The notes: generated by a model from the sequence alone, not told the origin. A DNA stretch of 48,637 bases from Patescibacteria group bacterium (GCA_018825385.1 JAHJEX010000045.1:1-48637), one strand, 5' to 3'. Counted from the first letter of the stretch, positions 10,019-19,343 are shown. Translations and numbers: made by a program.

Positions 10019-11893
10019 TTATTCATTACTAATGGCTTGTACCGGGGATATTTTAGAAGCTCGAGTCGCTGGAATAATAGACACAATAACAGCAATAACA
10101 ATTAGTAGTACAGTGTATACACCGAACATCTGCCAATCAATACCTGCAAAGGTTCCAGCGCTTGTGTGCTGAACAACTGCAAATGTTTCTTCAACTGTAT
10201 TTTTAATAAAGCTATCAAACCATAGCTGTACTGGTTTTGAAATTAGTAGTACAAAACTTACCCCCAGTATTGAACCTAATAGATAACCTATCAATGTATA
10301 CATTATTGCTTGTGACATGAACAATTGCTTAATATCTCGTTTTGTTGCACCTATGGCCCTAAACACACCAATTTCCTTTTTACTATCAGATACAAATTTA
10401 CCCATAGTAAGAATTATAATAATCGCAGATAAAATGATAAATGATATCGTAAGAATTGATGTGACATTGTTCAGTGTTGATTGTAGTTCAGAAAACACTT
10501 CCAAATCATTTAGATCCTGATAGGCAAATCCCAAATCATTTAAATCCTTTACAACCTGATTTCTGCTTTCTGTATTACTAATTTTTATCAGCATAGTGTC
10601 AGATGATTTTACTGCCTCATCAAAAACCGAAGCATTAGGATAAATACCAATTACAGTTCCTGAACCACCAAATATTCTGGAACGAAAAGCATCTGTATCG
10701 CCTTCTTCTCTTTCCGTTTCAATAACCAATCCTGGTATAGAATAGCTGGCTTGAATTTCTTGCTGAGTGTCTTGATTTAATGCATTAGGTCCGCCAACTG
10801 AACGCATCATGCTACCCACACCACCAATTCCACCAATAGTTGCATTACCGCCTCCATTCAGTTCTAGCCCGTCATAGGTAAGGCCGGTATAAGTAGAATT
10901 TAATTCATCGGTGGAAATTTCTGCATCATTTCGAGAATCAATTTGGTTTTGAATATAATTCTTTACCAGCAAAGACGCAAATTGATCAGGGATATATGTA
11001 GAAAAATTTGTATCATTTTCCAGAATTCCCACCACTTTGAACGTGTATGCCAGAGGTGTTTTAATTTCCTGATAATCCCAATATTTACCAATTGCATCAG
11101 CCCTTTCTTGTTCTGCTGTCTGAATTTGTTCATCAGTTAATTTTCTGAATAGAATCCCGCTCCCAGTGAACTCTTGCTCAAAGGACTGAACATCTCCCAG
11201 TCCGCCAAACTCAATCATTATCTCAGAGCCAACTAATTCATCCTTTTCATATGTTACCGCTTCAGTTTTGAAGGGAAGATTATTCTGAATATTTTCAATA
11301 TTTTCTTCCATCCCTCTCGATGGTCTTGCCTGGGTAAAATCGATAGCAACCTCATCCCTCCCAGCCCAATCTTCATATTGATAGGTTAATGAATTTGCAT
11401 TCAGGATAATTGGAATCGGTTCACCGGTAATGTAATGGAAATCTTCTTCAGTATAAAGTGCGGCTAAATCTTCATTAATGCCCTTAATGCTATTTAGCGT
11501 TATTGCATTGCCAGTATAAATATCTTCAGTGATTACACGGTCAATTGGTACTGCAACATTCAAAGAAGCTGCTTCAACATTATCAATTGTTTTTACCGTT
11601 TCTAAATCTCCTGTTTTATAATCGCTAGATCCCCCACGAATCATTCTTACAAAATCCTCATTTTGTCCTGGTCCACCAGCAGTCTGTACAGAGCTTAATT
11701 CAATAAGTCGACTCTGCTCTTTGGCAGTGCCAAGTATTACATCTTCTGATGCCGTCATTATATTCGCCGATTGACTGGATATCAAAACACCCAGAGTCAT
11801 TAATAAAGTTATCGGAATAATCAGGAAAAGAGATTTTCCCCGATATAATTTTAATTTCTTTAGATTAATTTTGTTAATATAACTGAATTTCAT
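10019..11893 (-). CDS. ABC transporter permease, FtsX/MacB type with a large extracytoplasmic domain
   Basis: 624 aa: N-terminal TM, about 430-aa soluble domain, then three C-terminal TMs with the FtsX-like block GVFRAIGATKRDI. Start is 2 nt from the ATPase stop. Confidence 0.8.
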   Translation of the reverse strand: MKFSYINKINLKKLKLYRGKSLFLIIPITLLMTLGVLISSQSANIMTASEDVILGTAKEQSRLIELSSVQTAGGPGQNEDFVRMIRGGSSDYKTGDLETVKTIDNVEAASLNVAVPIDRVITEDIYTGNAITLNSIKGINEDLAALYTEEDFHYITGEPIPIILNANSLTYQYEDWAGRDEVAIDFTQARPSRGMEENIENIQNNLPFKTEAVTYEKDELVGSEIMIEFGGLGDVQSFEQEFTGSGILFRKLTDEQIQTAEQERADAIGKYWDYQEIKTPLAYTFKVVGILENDTNFSTYIPDQFASLLVKNYIQNQIDSRNDAEISTDELNSTYTGLTYDGLELNGGGNATIGGIGGVGSMMRSVGGPNALNQDTQQEIQASYSIPGLVIETEREEGDTDAFRSRIFGGSGTVIGIYPNASVFDEAVKSSDTMLIKISNTESRNQVVKDLNDLGFAYQDLNDLEVFSELQSTLNNVTSILTISFIILSAIIIILTMGKFVSDSKKEIGVFRAIGATKRDIKQLFMSQAIMYTLIGYLLGSILGVSFVLLISKPVQLWFDSFIKNTVEETFAVVQHTSAGTFAGIDWQMFGVYTVLLIVIAVIVSIIPATRASKISPVQAISNE

Positions 11894-11894
11894 C

Positions 11895-12578
11895 TTACTT
11901 ATTACCTTTCTGTATTACACTGCCTTTATCAAGATGCAATACATGCTGATATCGATGACTCATTTGCTCATCGTGCGTAATCATTAAAACACTTACCCCA
12001 GATTCTGAAATTTTATCCAAAACATCTAAAACATTTTTTGCATTTTCTTTGTCTAGGTTTCCCGTAGGCTCGTCAGCCATAATAATTTTTGGCTTATTCG
12101 CCAATGCGCGTGCAATGGCAACACGCTGCATTTCACCACCTGACATTTTCTTAGGCGTGTGGTTTATCCTATTGGATAAACCAACCTGTTCCAGCAATTT
12201 CTCCGCACGCAAGTATGCAGCATTAGAATCCTTGCCGGAAACGATCAGCGGTAGGGCAACATTTTCCTTTGCTGTTAAATAATCTTGCAGATGAAAAAAT
12301 TGAAACACAAAACCAATTGTCTTATTTCTGAAATGTGACAATTCATTATCATTAAAATCTTTTAAAGATTTACCGTCCACAAAAACCTCACCTGATGTCG
12401 GATAATCCAATCCGCCCAATAGCTGTAATAATGTAGTTTTACCAGAGCCGGATGTCCCAATAATTGCAATACTTTCTTTTTCCGGTAATTCTATGCTGAC
12501 ATTATCAAGGGCTGTAGTAGTTGAATCACCATCCCTGTATTTTCTGGTCAATCCTTTTGCTTCAATTATGTTTGACAT
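11895..12578 (-). CDS. ABC transporter ATP-binding protein (LolD/MacB-like)
   Basis: Walker A GTSGSGKTT, signature MSGGEMQR, Walker B IIMADEPTGNLD, H-loop ITHD. Confidence 0.92.
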   Translation of the reverse strand: MSNIIEAKGLTRKYRDGDSTTTALDNVSIELPEKESIAIIGTSGSGKTTLLQLLGGLDYPTSGEVFVDGKSLKDFNDNELSHFRNKTIGFVFQFFHLQDYLTAKENVALPLIVSGKDSNAAYLRAEKLLEQVGLSNRINHTPKKMSGGEMQRVAIARALANKPKIIMADEPTGNLDKENAKNVLDVLDKISESGVSVLMITHDEQMSHRYQHVLHLDKGSVIQKGNK

Positions 12579-12669
12579 AATACATTGTTTGTTAAATTTT
12601 TTATTGAATTGCTATTTGGATAAAAAAAGCTGCATTCTTCATTTAATTAATACGCAAGGTTAGCCAAAT

Positions 12670-13425
12670 TTATTTCATTCTTCTAAAGTTCGGTTTACTT
12701 TGAAAATGAATAGCGCCATTAGGTGCAAAACCGAATTGCCAGGGCATTATTTGGTCCGCGACAAATGTTTCTGTATCTTCAGGCATGCCGATGATCCTAA
12801 CATATTCACCTTCCATTATTATTACGGCCGGATGAATTCTATAATCCTCGCCAGGTCGAACAACCCAATACTGTCCTTCGAGATCTTCGATGCTGAAAAT
12901 CCCTACCCCGCCTAGGATTTGTTGTATTTCGCCAGCAACAAATCCTTTCTCCGGATGCATCCAAATTTCCTCTCTGCTGTGCATAAGTTTTTCCATACCT
13001 GGCACACTCTCCATAAATCTATCAACGCGAGGGGCGAATCCAACTGAGTAAATAACTGTACCAACAATAACACTAGCAAGAACAGCTCCAATCACTACGC
13101 CGTATGTGTTATATTTATACCCTTTCTTTGTATGACGCGTATTATAATATGCCAATAGCACAAACAGTCCTAATACAACAATCCAGACATATGGCAATGT
13201 TGTTAAGGCATGACCAATCGGACTCCTTTGCAAAAACTTCAGCGTATCCCAGTCGTTGTTTACCATTCGGAAAATTATGGCAGCAACAGCATTGCTTCCA
13301 ATTATTACAGAAACAACAGCAAGAGACCACAAACCAACCTGTTCCAGCCGAAACTGCCACTTCGGCTTAGGAGCAATTTTTTCTTTTTCTATTTTATCTA
13401 ATGTCTTCTTTGATGAATTTGTCAT
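12670..13425 (-). CDS. Membrane protein immediately downstream of the ECF sigma factor (candidate anti-sigma/sensor)
   Basis: 251 aa with three TMs then a soluble C-terminal domain. Its start is 1 nt after the sigma-factor stop. Confidence 0.45.
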   Translation of the reverse strand: MTNSSKKTLDKIEKEKIAPKPKWQFRLEQVGLWSLAVVSVIIGSNAVAAIIFRMVNNDWDTLKFLQRSPIGHALTTLPYVWIVVLGLFVLLAYYNTRHTKKGYKYNTYGVVIGAVLASVIVGTVIYSVGFAPRVDRFMESVPGMEKLMHSREEIWMHPEKGFVAGEIQQILGGVGIFSIEDLEGQYWVVRPGEDYRIHPAVIIMEGEYVRIIGMPEDTETFVADQIMPWQFGFAPNGAIHFQSKPNFRRMK

Positions 13426-13426
13426 A

Positions 13427-14011
13427 TTAAAATTCGGTTCCCTGTTTTTGAACGACTTGTTTAAACTGTTTTTTTGCTCTGCTTAATAATGTACCTATTG
13501 TTCCTACCGGTTTCTTTAGAATATCTGATATTTCCTGGTAGTCTTTATCTTCCAGATATTTAAGTACAATTACTTCCTGATACTTTTTATCCATTTGAGA
13601 AAGCACTTTTTGAATCTTTTCGTTTGATAATGTCTCATCAATCAATTCGTGCGGATCATTATCATCCTTAATCATATGCAGAATTAATTCTCCATCTTCA
13701 CCGCCAATTGACTGAGGCCTACTTTGGACTTTTCGGTAATGACTAATTACATGATTTCTGCAAATTCGGTAAATCCAGGAAGAGAATTTAAGATCTAAGT
13801 CAAAATTGTTAAGGTTACGATACACTTTTATAAATACGTCTTGCAGAATATCCTCCAGGTCTTGATCGTTAACTCCTGATATCCGCCTGATAAATCTGGT
13901 CAGTTTAGCTTCGTACCTTTGCATCAAACACAAATACCACCCTTGATCAGAAAGTGTTAATTCTACTAGTTCCTCGTCTGATTTGAGATTACAATCTCTG
14001 ATTACAGCCAT
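13427..14011 (-). CDS. ECF-type RNA polymerase sigma-70 factor
   Basis: Region 2 block DILQDVFIKVYRNLNNFD...FSSWIYRICRNHVISHYRK. Region 4 HTH YQEISDILKKPVGTIGTLLSRAKKQF. Confidence 0.9.
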   Translation of the reverse strand: MAVIRDCNLKSDEELVELTLSDQGWYLCLMQRYEAKLTRFIRRISGVNDQDLEDILQDVFIKVYRNLNNFDLDLKFSSWIYRICRNHVISHYRKVQSRPQSIGGEDGELILHMIKDDNDPHELIDETLSNEKIQKVLSQMDKKYQEVIVLKYLEDKDYQEISDILKKPVGTIGTLLSRAKKQFKQVVQKQGTEF

Positions 14012-14068
14012 TATTATTAATACGCTAATGTGTATGAATTTCTTTCATTGTATCAAGGTGTGATATTC

Positions 14069-14096
14069 TTGACAAAATGATCAAATAGCATATAGT
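14069..14096 (+). promoter_or_regulatory. Candidate sigma70 promoter (TTGACA-N16-TATAGT) facing the GC-rich leader and the half-size MFS gene
   Basis: TTGACA at 14069-14074, 16-nt spacer, TATAGT at 14091-14096. No ORF of 60 aa or more lies between it and 14536. Confidence 0.4.
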
Positions 14097-14344
14097 AGCC
14101 AATCGTAAGCAATTAAGTATTTGGAAGTGTTATCAGTAAAAATATATTTACAATGGAATAATTCTTGTAGATATTTTTGTCCAGGATATCCACTTTTTTT
14201 GTATTTAGCATTTAGACGGGAAGAATCGGAAGATTATAATATATATCTCGGTTCCCCTCTACTAAGATGTTTTATCTAAGGAGAGGCGTTATTTGAAAAC
14301 TTACTCATATCAAGTTTTTTCGTTTGAGCTACTTTCTGTTTTGA

Positions 14345-14491
14345 GTTTCAGCCATGCTGGCATCGCGGTCGTTCGCTTGGAAAGTACAACGTACAATCCG
14401 ATCGATAACTAGTTCCTTGACCCATCCGGGTCACCCGAGGATACAGAGAGGGCATTGCCCAGGCAATGTTCCCCTGCCCCTCGGTTTTTTT
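14345..14491 (+). promoter_or_regulatory. GC-rich structured leader (riboswitch/attenuator-like) ending in an intrinsic terminator, upstream of the half-size MFS gene
   Basis: Local GC is far above the flanks. Hairpins: GCCA-ugc-UGGC; CGGUCG...CGAUCG enclosing GUAC-aac-GUAC; GACCC-aucc-GGGUC. Then a long terminator. The ORFs on both strands here are Arg/Ser/Pro-rich junk. Confidence 0.5.
14435..14491 (+). terminator. Intrinsic terminator
   Basis: CCGAGG-auac-AGAGGG-CAUUGCC-ca-GGCAAUG-uu-CCCCU-gc-CCUCGG followed by UUUUUUU (14485-14491), 45 nt before the ATG at 14536. Confidence 0.75.
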
Positions 14492-14535
14492 ATTGATTTG
14501 ATATATACTATATATACAGCAATAATAGGAAAAAT

Positions 14536-15150
14536 ATGTTCTCACGATCCATTATTAGATCAATTGGCCATTACAAAATCAATGTAATAATTAAGGTACT
14601 AATTATTTCTGATTTTCTTATCTGGTCTTCTTATCAACTATTTGCACCAATTTTTGCAATTTTTGTAACAGATAAAATAGAAAATGGCTCTATAGAAATA
14701 GTCGGTATTGCTTCCGCAATATATTTGATCACCAAATCATTATGTGAGATTCCAGTAGGAATGAAGATTGATAAATCAAAATCAGAGAAAGATGATCTTT
14801 ATACTGCTGTGTTTGGAACAATTCTGACAGCAATTGCATATTTAACCTACATTGGAATAAATAGTATTCAGGAACTCTACCTAGTACAAGCATTGTTAGG
14901 AGTCGGATCGGCTTTTGCTTTCCCAGGTTGGTATTCAATATTTACGCGCCATGTTGACAGAGGGAAAGAAGCATATGAATGGAGCCTATACGATGTATTA
15001 CTAGGAATAGGAATGGCATTTGCTGCTGCTCTAGGTGGTTTTTTGGCAAACAGCTACGGTTTCAATACTTTGTTCATAATTATCGGAGTATCAACGTTTT
15101 TTGGTGCAATGCTATTATTAGCAATTAAAAAGAAAATATACAATAAATAA
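14536..15150 (+). CDS. Half-size (6-TM) MFS-like transporter
   Basis: 204 aa with six hydrophobic helices and MFS-like loop motifs. No N-terminal six-helix half is encoded upstream. Confidence 0.55.
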   Translation: MFSRSIIRSIGHYKINVIIKVLIISDFLIWSSYQLFAPIFAIFVTDKIENGSIEIVGIASAIYLITKSLCEIPVGMKIDKSKSEKDDLYTAVFGTILTAIAYLTYIGINSIQELYLVQALLGVGSAFAFPGWYSIFTRHVDRGKEAYEWSLYDVLLGIGMAFAAALGGFLANSYGFNTLFIIIGVSTFFGAMLLLAIKKKIYNK

Positions 15151-15243
15151 TTGCCTCAGAAAAACTCACCGTTTAACTAATTTAATAAAAAAAATACCCT
15201 TCTATAATTGGAGTGGTATTTTTTCATATCTAATTTTACAATA

Positions 15244-15600
15244 CTATGTTACTCCACTGGTATTTTCTAATACACTTAATGTAAAGATAACGATTGCCCA
15301 TGCCAACAGAATAATTACTAATCCGATAATTGCACCAGTCATCATTTTTTTTGCTTTCTCAACCCTTTCCTCACTTCCTCCACCTGCAGTAATAAATATG
15401 AATCCGGCATATAAAATCATTATAACTGCAACCAATCCAAGTAATCCCAACACCCATTGAATAATAGAAACAATCGTCTCCTGAAGGTCTGCTGATCCTA
15501 AACCTAGTGTATCTGAGGGATTATAAAAAGAAACAGCTAAAGTAAGTGCCGGCCAAAGCATAAACATAATTCCACTAATGGCACAAAGTGCTTTTTTCAT
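15244..15600 (-). CDS. TrbC/VirB2-like pilin-type small membrane protein
   Basis: 118 aa: signal peptide, then two long TM helices separated by AGGGSEERVEKAKK. This architecture is typical of VirB2-like T4SS pilins. Confidence 0.5.
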   Translation of the reverse strand: MKKALCAISGIMFMLWPALTLAVSFYNPSDTLGLGSADLQETIVSIIQWVLGLLGLVAVIMILYAGFIFITAGGGSEERVEKAKKMMTGAIIGLVIILLAWAIVIFTLSVLENTSGVT

Positions 15601-15629
15601 AATTCTTATATAAATGATTATTTGTAATA

Positions 15630-15638
15630 ATTATAGCA
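15630..15638 (-). promoter_or_regulatory. Extended -10 promoter element (TGcTATAAT) for the pilin-like gene
   Basis: Minus strand reads TGCTATAAT, 29 nt upstream of the ATG at 15600 and just downstream of the ncRNA terminator. Confidence 0.45.
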
Positions 15639-15650
15639 CTTGTGGAAAAT

Positions 15651-15917
15651 AAAAAAACCCCCTTTGTCTAGAAACAACGCAGGGGGCGGGCGAGGAGGCG
15701 GACGCGCGGTCCTTAACGATTGAAACAGCATGTCTCGAGGAGGGAAGAATTCCCATTGCCAGCAGACTGCCAGCGGAATCTCGATTAACCAACGGTTTTC
15801 ATCAACTTCTTCTTCTGCTTCTGACTTCTCGTCTTGCTCAACTTCATCGGACTAACCGGTGGCTGCTGTCTGGCGCAAGTGACCGCGCGCCGTACTGAAT
15901 CGCATATATATGTGCTG
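15651..15917 (-). ncRNA. Unclassified GC-rich structured RNA (about 265 nt) with its own promoter and terminator
   Basis: 11-12 bp long-range helix: GGCGCGCGGUC (from 15879-15892) pairs with GACCGCGCGUCC (from 15700-15712). 3' terminator CCCCCU-gcg-UUGU-uucuag-ACAA-AGGGGG + U7 (15651-15686). About 55% GC by hand count versus about 30% in flanks. No credible ORF. Confidence 0.6.
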
Positions 15918-15923
15918 ACTTTA

Positions 15924-15951
15924 ATGATACTATGCGTATAAAAATAGTCAA
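15924..15951 (-). promoter_or_regulatory. Sigma70-type promoter TTGACT-N16-TATCAT for the GC-rich RNA
   Basis: Minus strand: TTGACT (15946-15951), 16-nt spacer, TATCAT (15924-15929). Confidence 0.55.
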
Positions 15952-15991
15952 GAGAGCCGGCAATATTTCCCTTTTCTTAGTGAATTTATAC

Positions 15992-16024
15992 AAAAACCGC
16001 TCTTATGTAAGAAGCGGTTTTTTA
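15992..16024 (-). terminator. Bidirectional-looking intrinsic terminator after the RND gene
   Basis: ACCGCU-...-AGCGGU hairpin flanked by an A-run and a T-run, 20 nt after the RND stop at 16043. Confidence 0.7.
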
Positions 16025-16042
16025 TTTGGATACTATAGCAAT

Positions 16043-19000
16043 CTAGGCCGGTTGCTTTTTCCTTGTAAACAGCCTTACAAACGGTTTTTTTACTCTATCG
16101 GTGATGTAGATAAGGATAGGTAGCACAACCAGATTACCAATCGTAGAGAATATCAGTCCACCAATAATTGCAGTTCCCAGACCGGTCCAAAACGGATCAG
16201 CCATAGTTAGAGGAAGTACACCAGCAATGGTTGTGATAGATGTAGAGAAGATCGGCTTAAAGCGCACCTTGCCGGTATATACCAATGCTTCTGCAATCGA
16301 CCAATCTGGATTCTTCTTGCGTTGCCGGTTAAAGTAATCCACAAACACAATAGCATCATTCACCACAATTCCTACCAGCGCTATAATCCCCAATCCTGAA
16401 ATCATATCGATAGAGCTTCCTACTAAAAGCAAGCCAGGAAAAACACCAATCAAAGCCATAGGGATAGCCATAAGTATTAATGCCGGTTGAATGTAGGAAT
16501 TAAACTGGAACACTAGTATAAGGTAGACAGCAATTAGAGCAATGATAAATACATTCATCAGACTACTCATGTCACCTTCTATCTCCGAAGCAAATCCTCC
16601 ATAGCCCACCCCATCACTTTCTAGTCCAAGCGATTCTAGTTTTTCTGCTGAGAGATATTCTTTTATATCCGTCTCTAATTTTCCGGCAACTCCAGAGCGA
16701 TCATCTTCAGCTACATCCAGATCAATCTGATACATAATTGTTCGCTCACCATCTATAAAGTCAATAGACTCAGCCTCTTCTACTTTGCTGACTGTTGCGA
16801 TCTGATCCAGCGTTACCACTCCCCCTACCGCTGTAGGGATTAGCAGTTTTTCAAGCTTCTCTACAGAATTTGTTGATTCCTCACTAAAGGTCAAAACCAC
16901 ATCGTCCTGAACGCCATCTTCTCTCACAACAATCTTGGATATATCAGACTCGCTAAACACGCTATTAACTATCATGGAAGTTGTAAGTGGAGTAATTCCC
17001 AGTTGACGTACCTTGTCTTTGTCAAAGGAAATATCAACAGAAGGAACCAACTTATCTGTAATGTCGTTGGAAATTCTTTTAATCTCATATTCCCCTGCTT
17101 CACTTTTCCCACGAACAAACTTATCAACATCATCTACTGCGCTTTCTAGTATCCCGGCATCAGAGTTTTTTATTTCCAAGATAACATCATACATTGTTCC
17201 CGAAGGGCCGTAACTAATTGCATTAACACTAATGTAGGTTCCCTCTGGAGCTTTATCTCTTACATACTGAAGCTCATCGTCTATATCCTCAACAATAGTA
17301 TAAACAGTTGTTTCTTTATCGTCTGATCTTGCTCCTGGCTCAGTAATAAGTACCATATTTGTGTTATCAAAAATGTATGATCCTTCAAAATAAGGCACTT
17401 CAATCCCCTCTTTCACAATATCAGACATTATCTCTCTTCTGACATCCGTGGGCGTGCCAGCGGGATAGTTAACACTCACTGTAAAAGACCAAGTATCCGT
17501 AATTGGAAATTGTGATCCTGGTATCTTTCCACTCCCAGCAATCGCCAAACTACCACCCAAAGCCGCGACCAAAATAACTAAAATGGCTATTTTTAATGAC
17601 CATTTTCGGTGCACTTTTTCCATCAGTTTCCCGTATCCACTCACAACACTGTCAATCATTCTCTGACCATATAAAACAATAATAGGAATAATTAGCATTT
17701 TCTGCCAAGGACGCAGTTTTCTGTTTGCTCTTTCTTCTTCAGTTTCCTGTTTAAGGATCCATTTACCCAGTAGCGGAGTTATACTGATCGCTAGGAAATA
17801 AGACACTATCATCATTATAATAATAGTGTACGGAATATACTTCATAATTTCACCCATTATTCCACCCATGTTAGCGGCTGGAATAAATACCACAATCGTA
17901 GTAAGTGTTGCCGCTGTTACCGCTGGACCCAAATCACGAATAGCAAGCACTGCTGCTTTTGCTTTCGTCTCTCCGTACTTTTGTATCCGATGAACAATCC
18001 CTTCAGCTATAACAATAGCGTTATCCACTAAAATACCTAGCGTTAAGATCATAGCAAAAAGAGTCAGAGTATTTAGTGAATAACCAATCTGGTTCAGAAC
18101 AAACAAAGTAATAAGAAATGTGAAAGGAATTATCAAGCCAACAACTAATCCTATGCGTATATCAATAAAGAACATAAACACAATCAGAATAGCAATGAGT
18201 CCGATCAATCCATTTTTCAAAAGCGAATTTATTTGCGACTCTACTGAGATCGCAGAATCCATCACTAGATTTATGCTCATGCTTTCATCCAATATGCCTT
18301 TTTCATAAACATCCTCTAGCGCTACTTCAACATCATTTTTCAGCTGGATTATATCTCCATCATCAGTTTTGCCTACCATCAAATAAACAACTTCATCGTT
18401 GAACTTTGGCTCACCATTTTCTATATATCCAGCCATGGTCAAAGCATCAAAGTCAGAAGCTTGTCTTTTAACTTCTGCAATATCAGATAGTTTTACACCG
18501 GCAGACAAAACTATGTTTTTAATGTCATCAACACTGGTGCTTGGATTTTCTATGTTGATTTGGTTTGTTATTCCTGTTTCCTCATCTACTATGCTTCCTC
18601 CGGGCAAAAGAGATAAATTTGCTCCAACTGCACCTTTTACTGTCTGAACATCCATCCCTTTCTGAATCATTTTTACAGCATCCAGCTCAATCCGCACATC
18701 GAAATCAGAGCTAGGAGCAAGGTCAATATTTTTAATCTCATCTGAAGAGTTCTGAATGTATTCTTTCAGCTTCGGTGCTGCAGATAAAACATCATCAAGT
18801 GACTCAGTATCGCTAGAAAGTACATACGCCATAGATACTGACATTGCATCTTCTGTGAACACCCTGGTATCAACATTTTCCGGAAGGCTTAAAGCATCAA
18901 TTTGTTCCTTAAACTCTTTTATCGTCTCATTTATTACTGATTCATTAAACGATTTTATTTCAACCCAGGAAATACCATAGTTTGGATACGCAGTTGAGCG

Positions 19001-19285
19001 AATCCGCACAGTTTGTTCATGATTATTTACAGTATCCTCAATCGGACCCAATACTTCTGTAGCAATCGCTTCCGGTCCGGCACCAGGGTAAACGACTGAA
19101 ACAAATACAAAATTAAGTGGTACAGGAGGGAAATCCTGTCTCTGATTTTGATCCGTTGCCCAAAAACCCATGAGAATCATGGCAATCAGGAAGATAATAG
19201 TTATCTTATATTTACTAATAAAAAATCTTGACCATTTGGCAAGAAAGTTCAATTTCTCCTCTTTTTCTTTTTGGTAGTATTCCAT
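16043..19285 (-). CDS. RND-superfamily efflux permease (AcrB/AcrD/AcrF family)
   Basis: 1080 aa with 12-TM / two large loop topology and the conserved GIIALVGIVVNDAIVFVDY block. No adjacent membrane-fusion or outer-membrane partner gene. Confidence 0.9.
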   Translation of the reverse strand: MEYYQKEKEEKLNFLAKWSRFFISKYKITIIFLIAMILMGFWATDQNQRQDFPPVPLNFVFVSVVYPGAGPEAIATEVLGPIEDTVNNHEQTVRIRSTAYPNYGISWVEIKSFNESVINETIKEFKEQIDALSLPENVDTRVFTEDAMSVSMAYVLSSDTESLDDVLSAAPKLKEYIQNSSDEIKNIDLAPSSDFDVRIELDAVKMIQKGMDVQTVKGAVGANLSLLPGGSIVDEETGITNQINIENPSTSVDDIKNIVLSAGVKLSDIAEVKRQASDFDALTMAGYIENGEPKFNDEVVYLMVGKTDDGDIIQLKNDVEVALEDVYEKGILDESMSINLVMDSAISVESQINSLLKNGLIGLIAILIVFMFFIDIRIGLVVGLIIPFTFLITLFVLNQIGYSLNTLTLFAMILTLGILVDNAIVIAEGIVHRIQKYGETKAKAAVLAIRDLGPAVTAATLTTIVVFIPAANMGGIMGEIMKYIPYTIIIMMIVSYFLAISITPLLGKWILKQETEEERANRKLRPWQKMLIIPIIVLYGQRMIDSVVSGYGKLMEKVHRKWSLKIAILVILVAALGGSLAIAGSGKIPGSQFPITDTWSFTVSVNYPAGTPTDVRREIMSDIVKEGIEVPYFEGSYIFDNTNMVLITEPGARSDDKETTVYTIVEDIDDELQYVRDKAPEGTYISVNAISYGPSGTMYDVILEIKNSDAGILESAVDDVDKFVRGKSEAGEYEIKRISNDITDKLVPSVDISFDKDKVRQLGITPLTTSMIVNSVFSESDISKIVVREDGVQDDVVLTFSEESTNSVEKLEKLLIPTAVGGVVTLDQIATVSKVEEAESIDFIDGERTIMYQIDLDVAEDDRSGVAGKLETDIKEYLSAEKLESLGLESDGVGYGGFASEIEGDMSSLMNVFIIALIAVYLILVFQFNSYIQPALILMAIPMALIGVFPGLLLVGSSIDMISGLGIIALVGIVVNDAIVFVDYFNRQRKKNPDWSIAEALVYTGKVRFKPIFSTSITTIAGVLPLTMADPFWTGLGTAIIGGLIFSTIGNLVVLPILIYITDRVKKPFVRLFTRKKQPA

Positions 19286-19343
19286 AAGTATAGTTTTAAT
19301 TTGACCTAAATTAGGTAAAAAAATGGCTTAAAGCCATTTGTAA

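Noticed and set aside
14348-14587. ORFs 14348-14545 (-) and 14354-14587 (+)
   Set aside because: They cover the GC-rich hairpin/terminator region, have implausible composition and overlap the real MFS start.
15651-15917. tmRNA, RNase P RNA, SRP RNA or cobalamin riboswitch identity for the 15.7-kb RNA (and likewise for 44.4-44.65 kb)
   Set aside because: No tRNA-like acceptor/T-arm or CCA end, no GGAAAGUCC / ACAGAA..GGCUUA P4 boxes, no GGAA-capped helix 8 with AGCAGC in the right context, and no GCCACUG plus full B12 box. A short frame ending ...RTAA* at 44.5 kb is not a typical tag and lacks the surrounding tmRNA architecture. Only partial 6-8 nt resemblances were seen.
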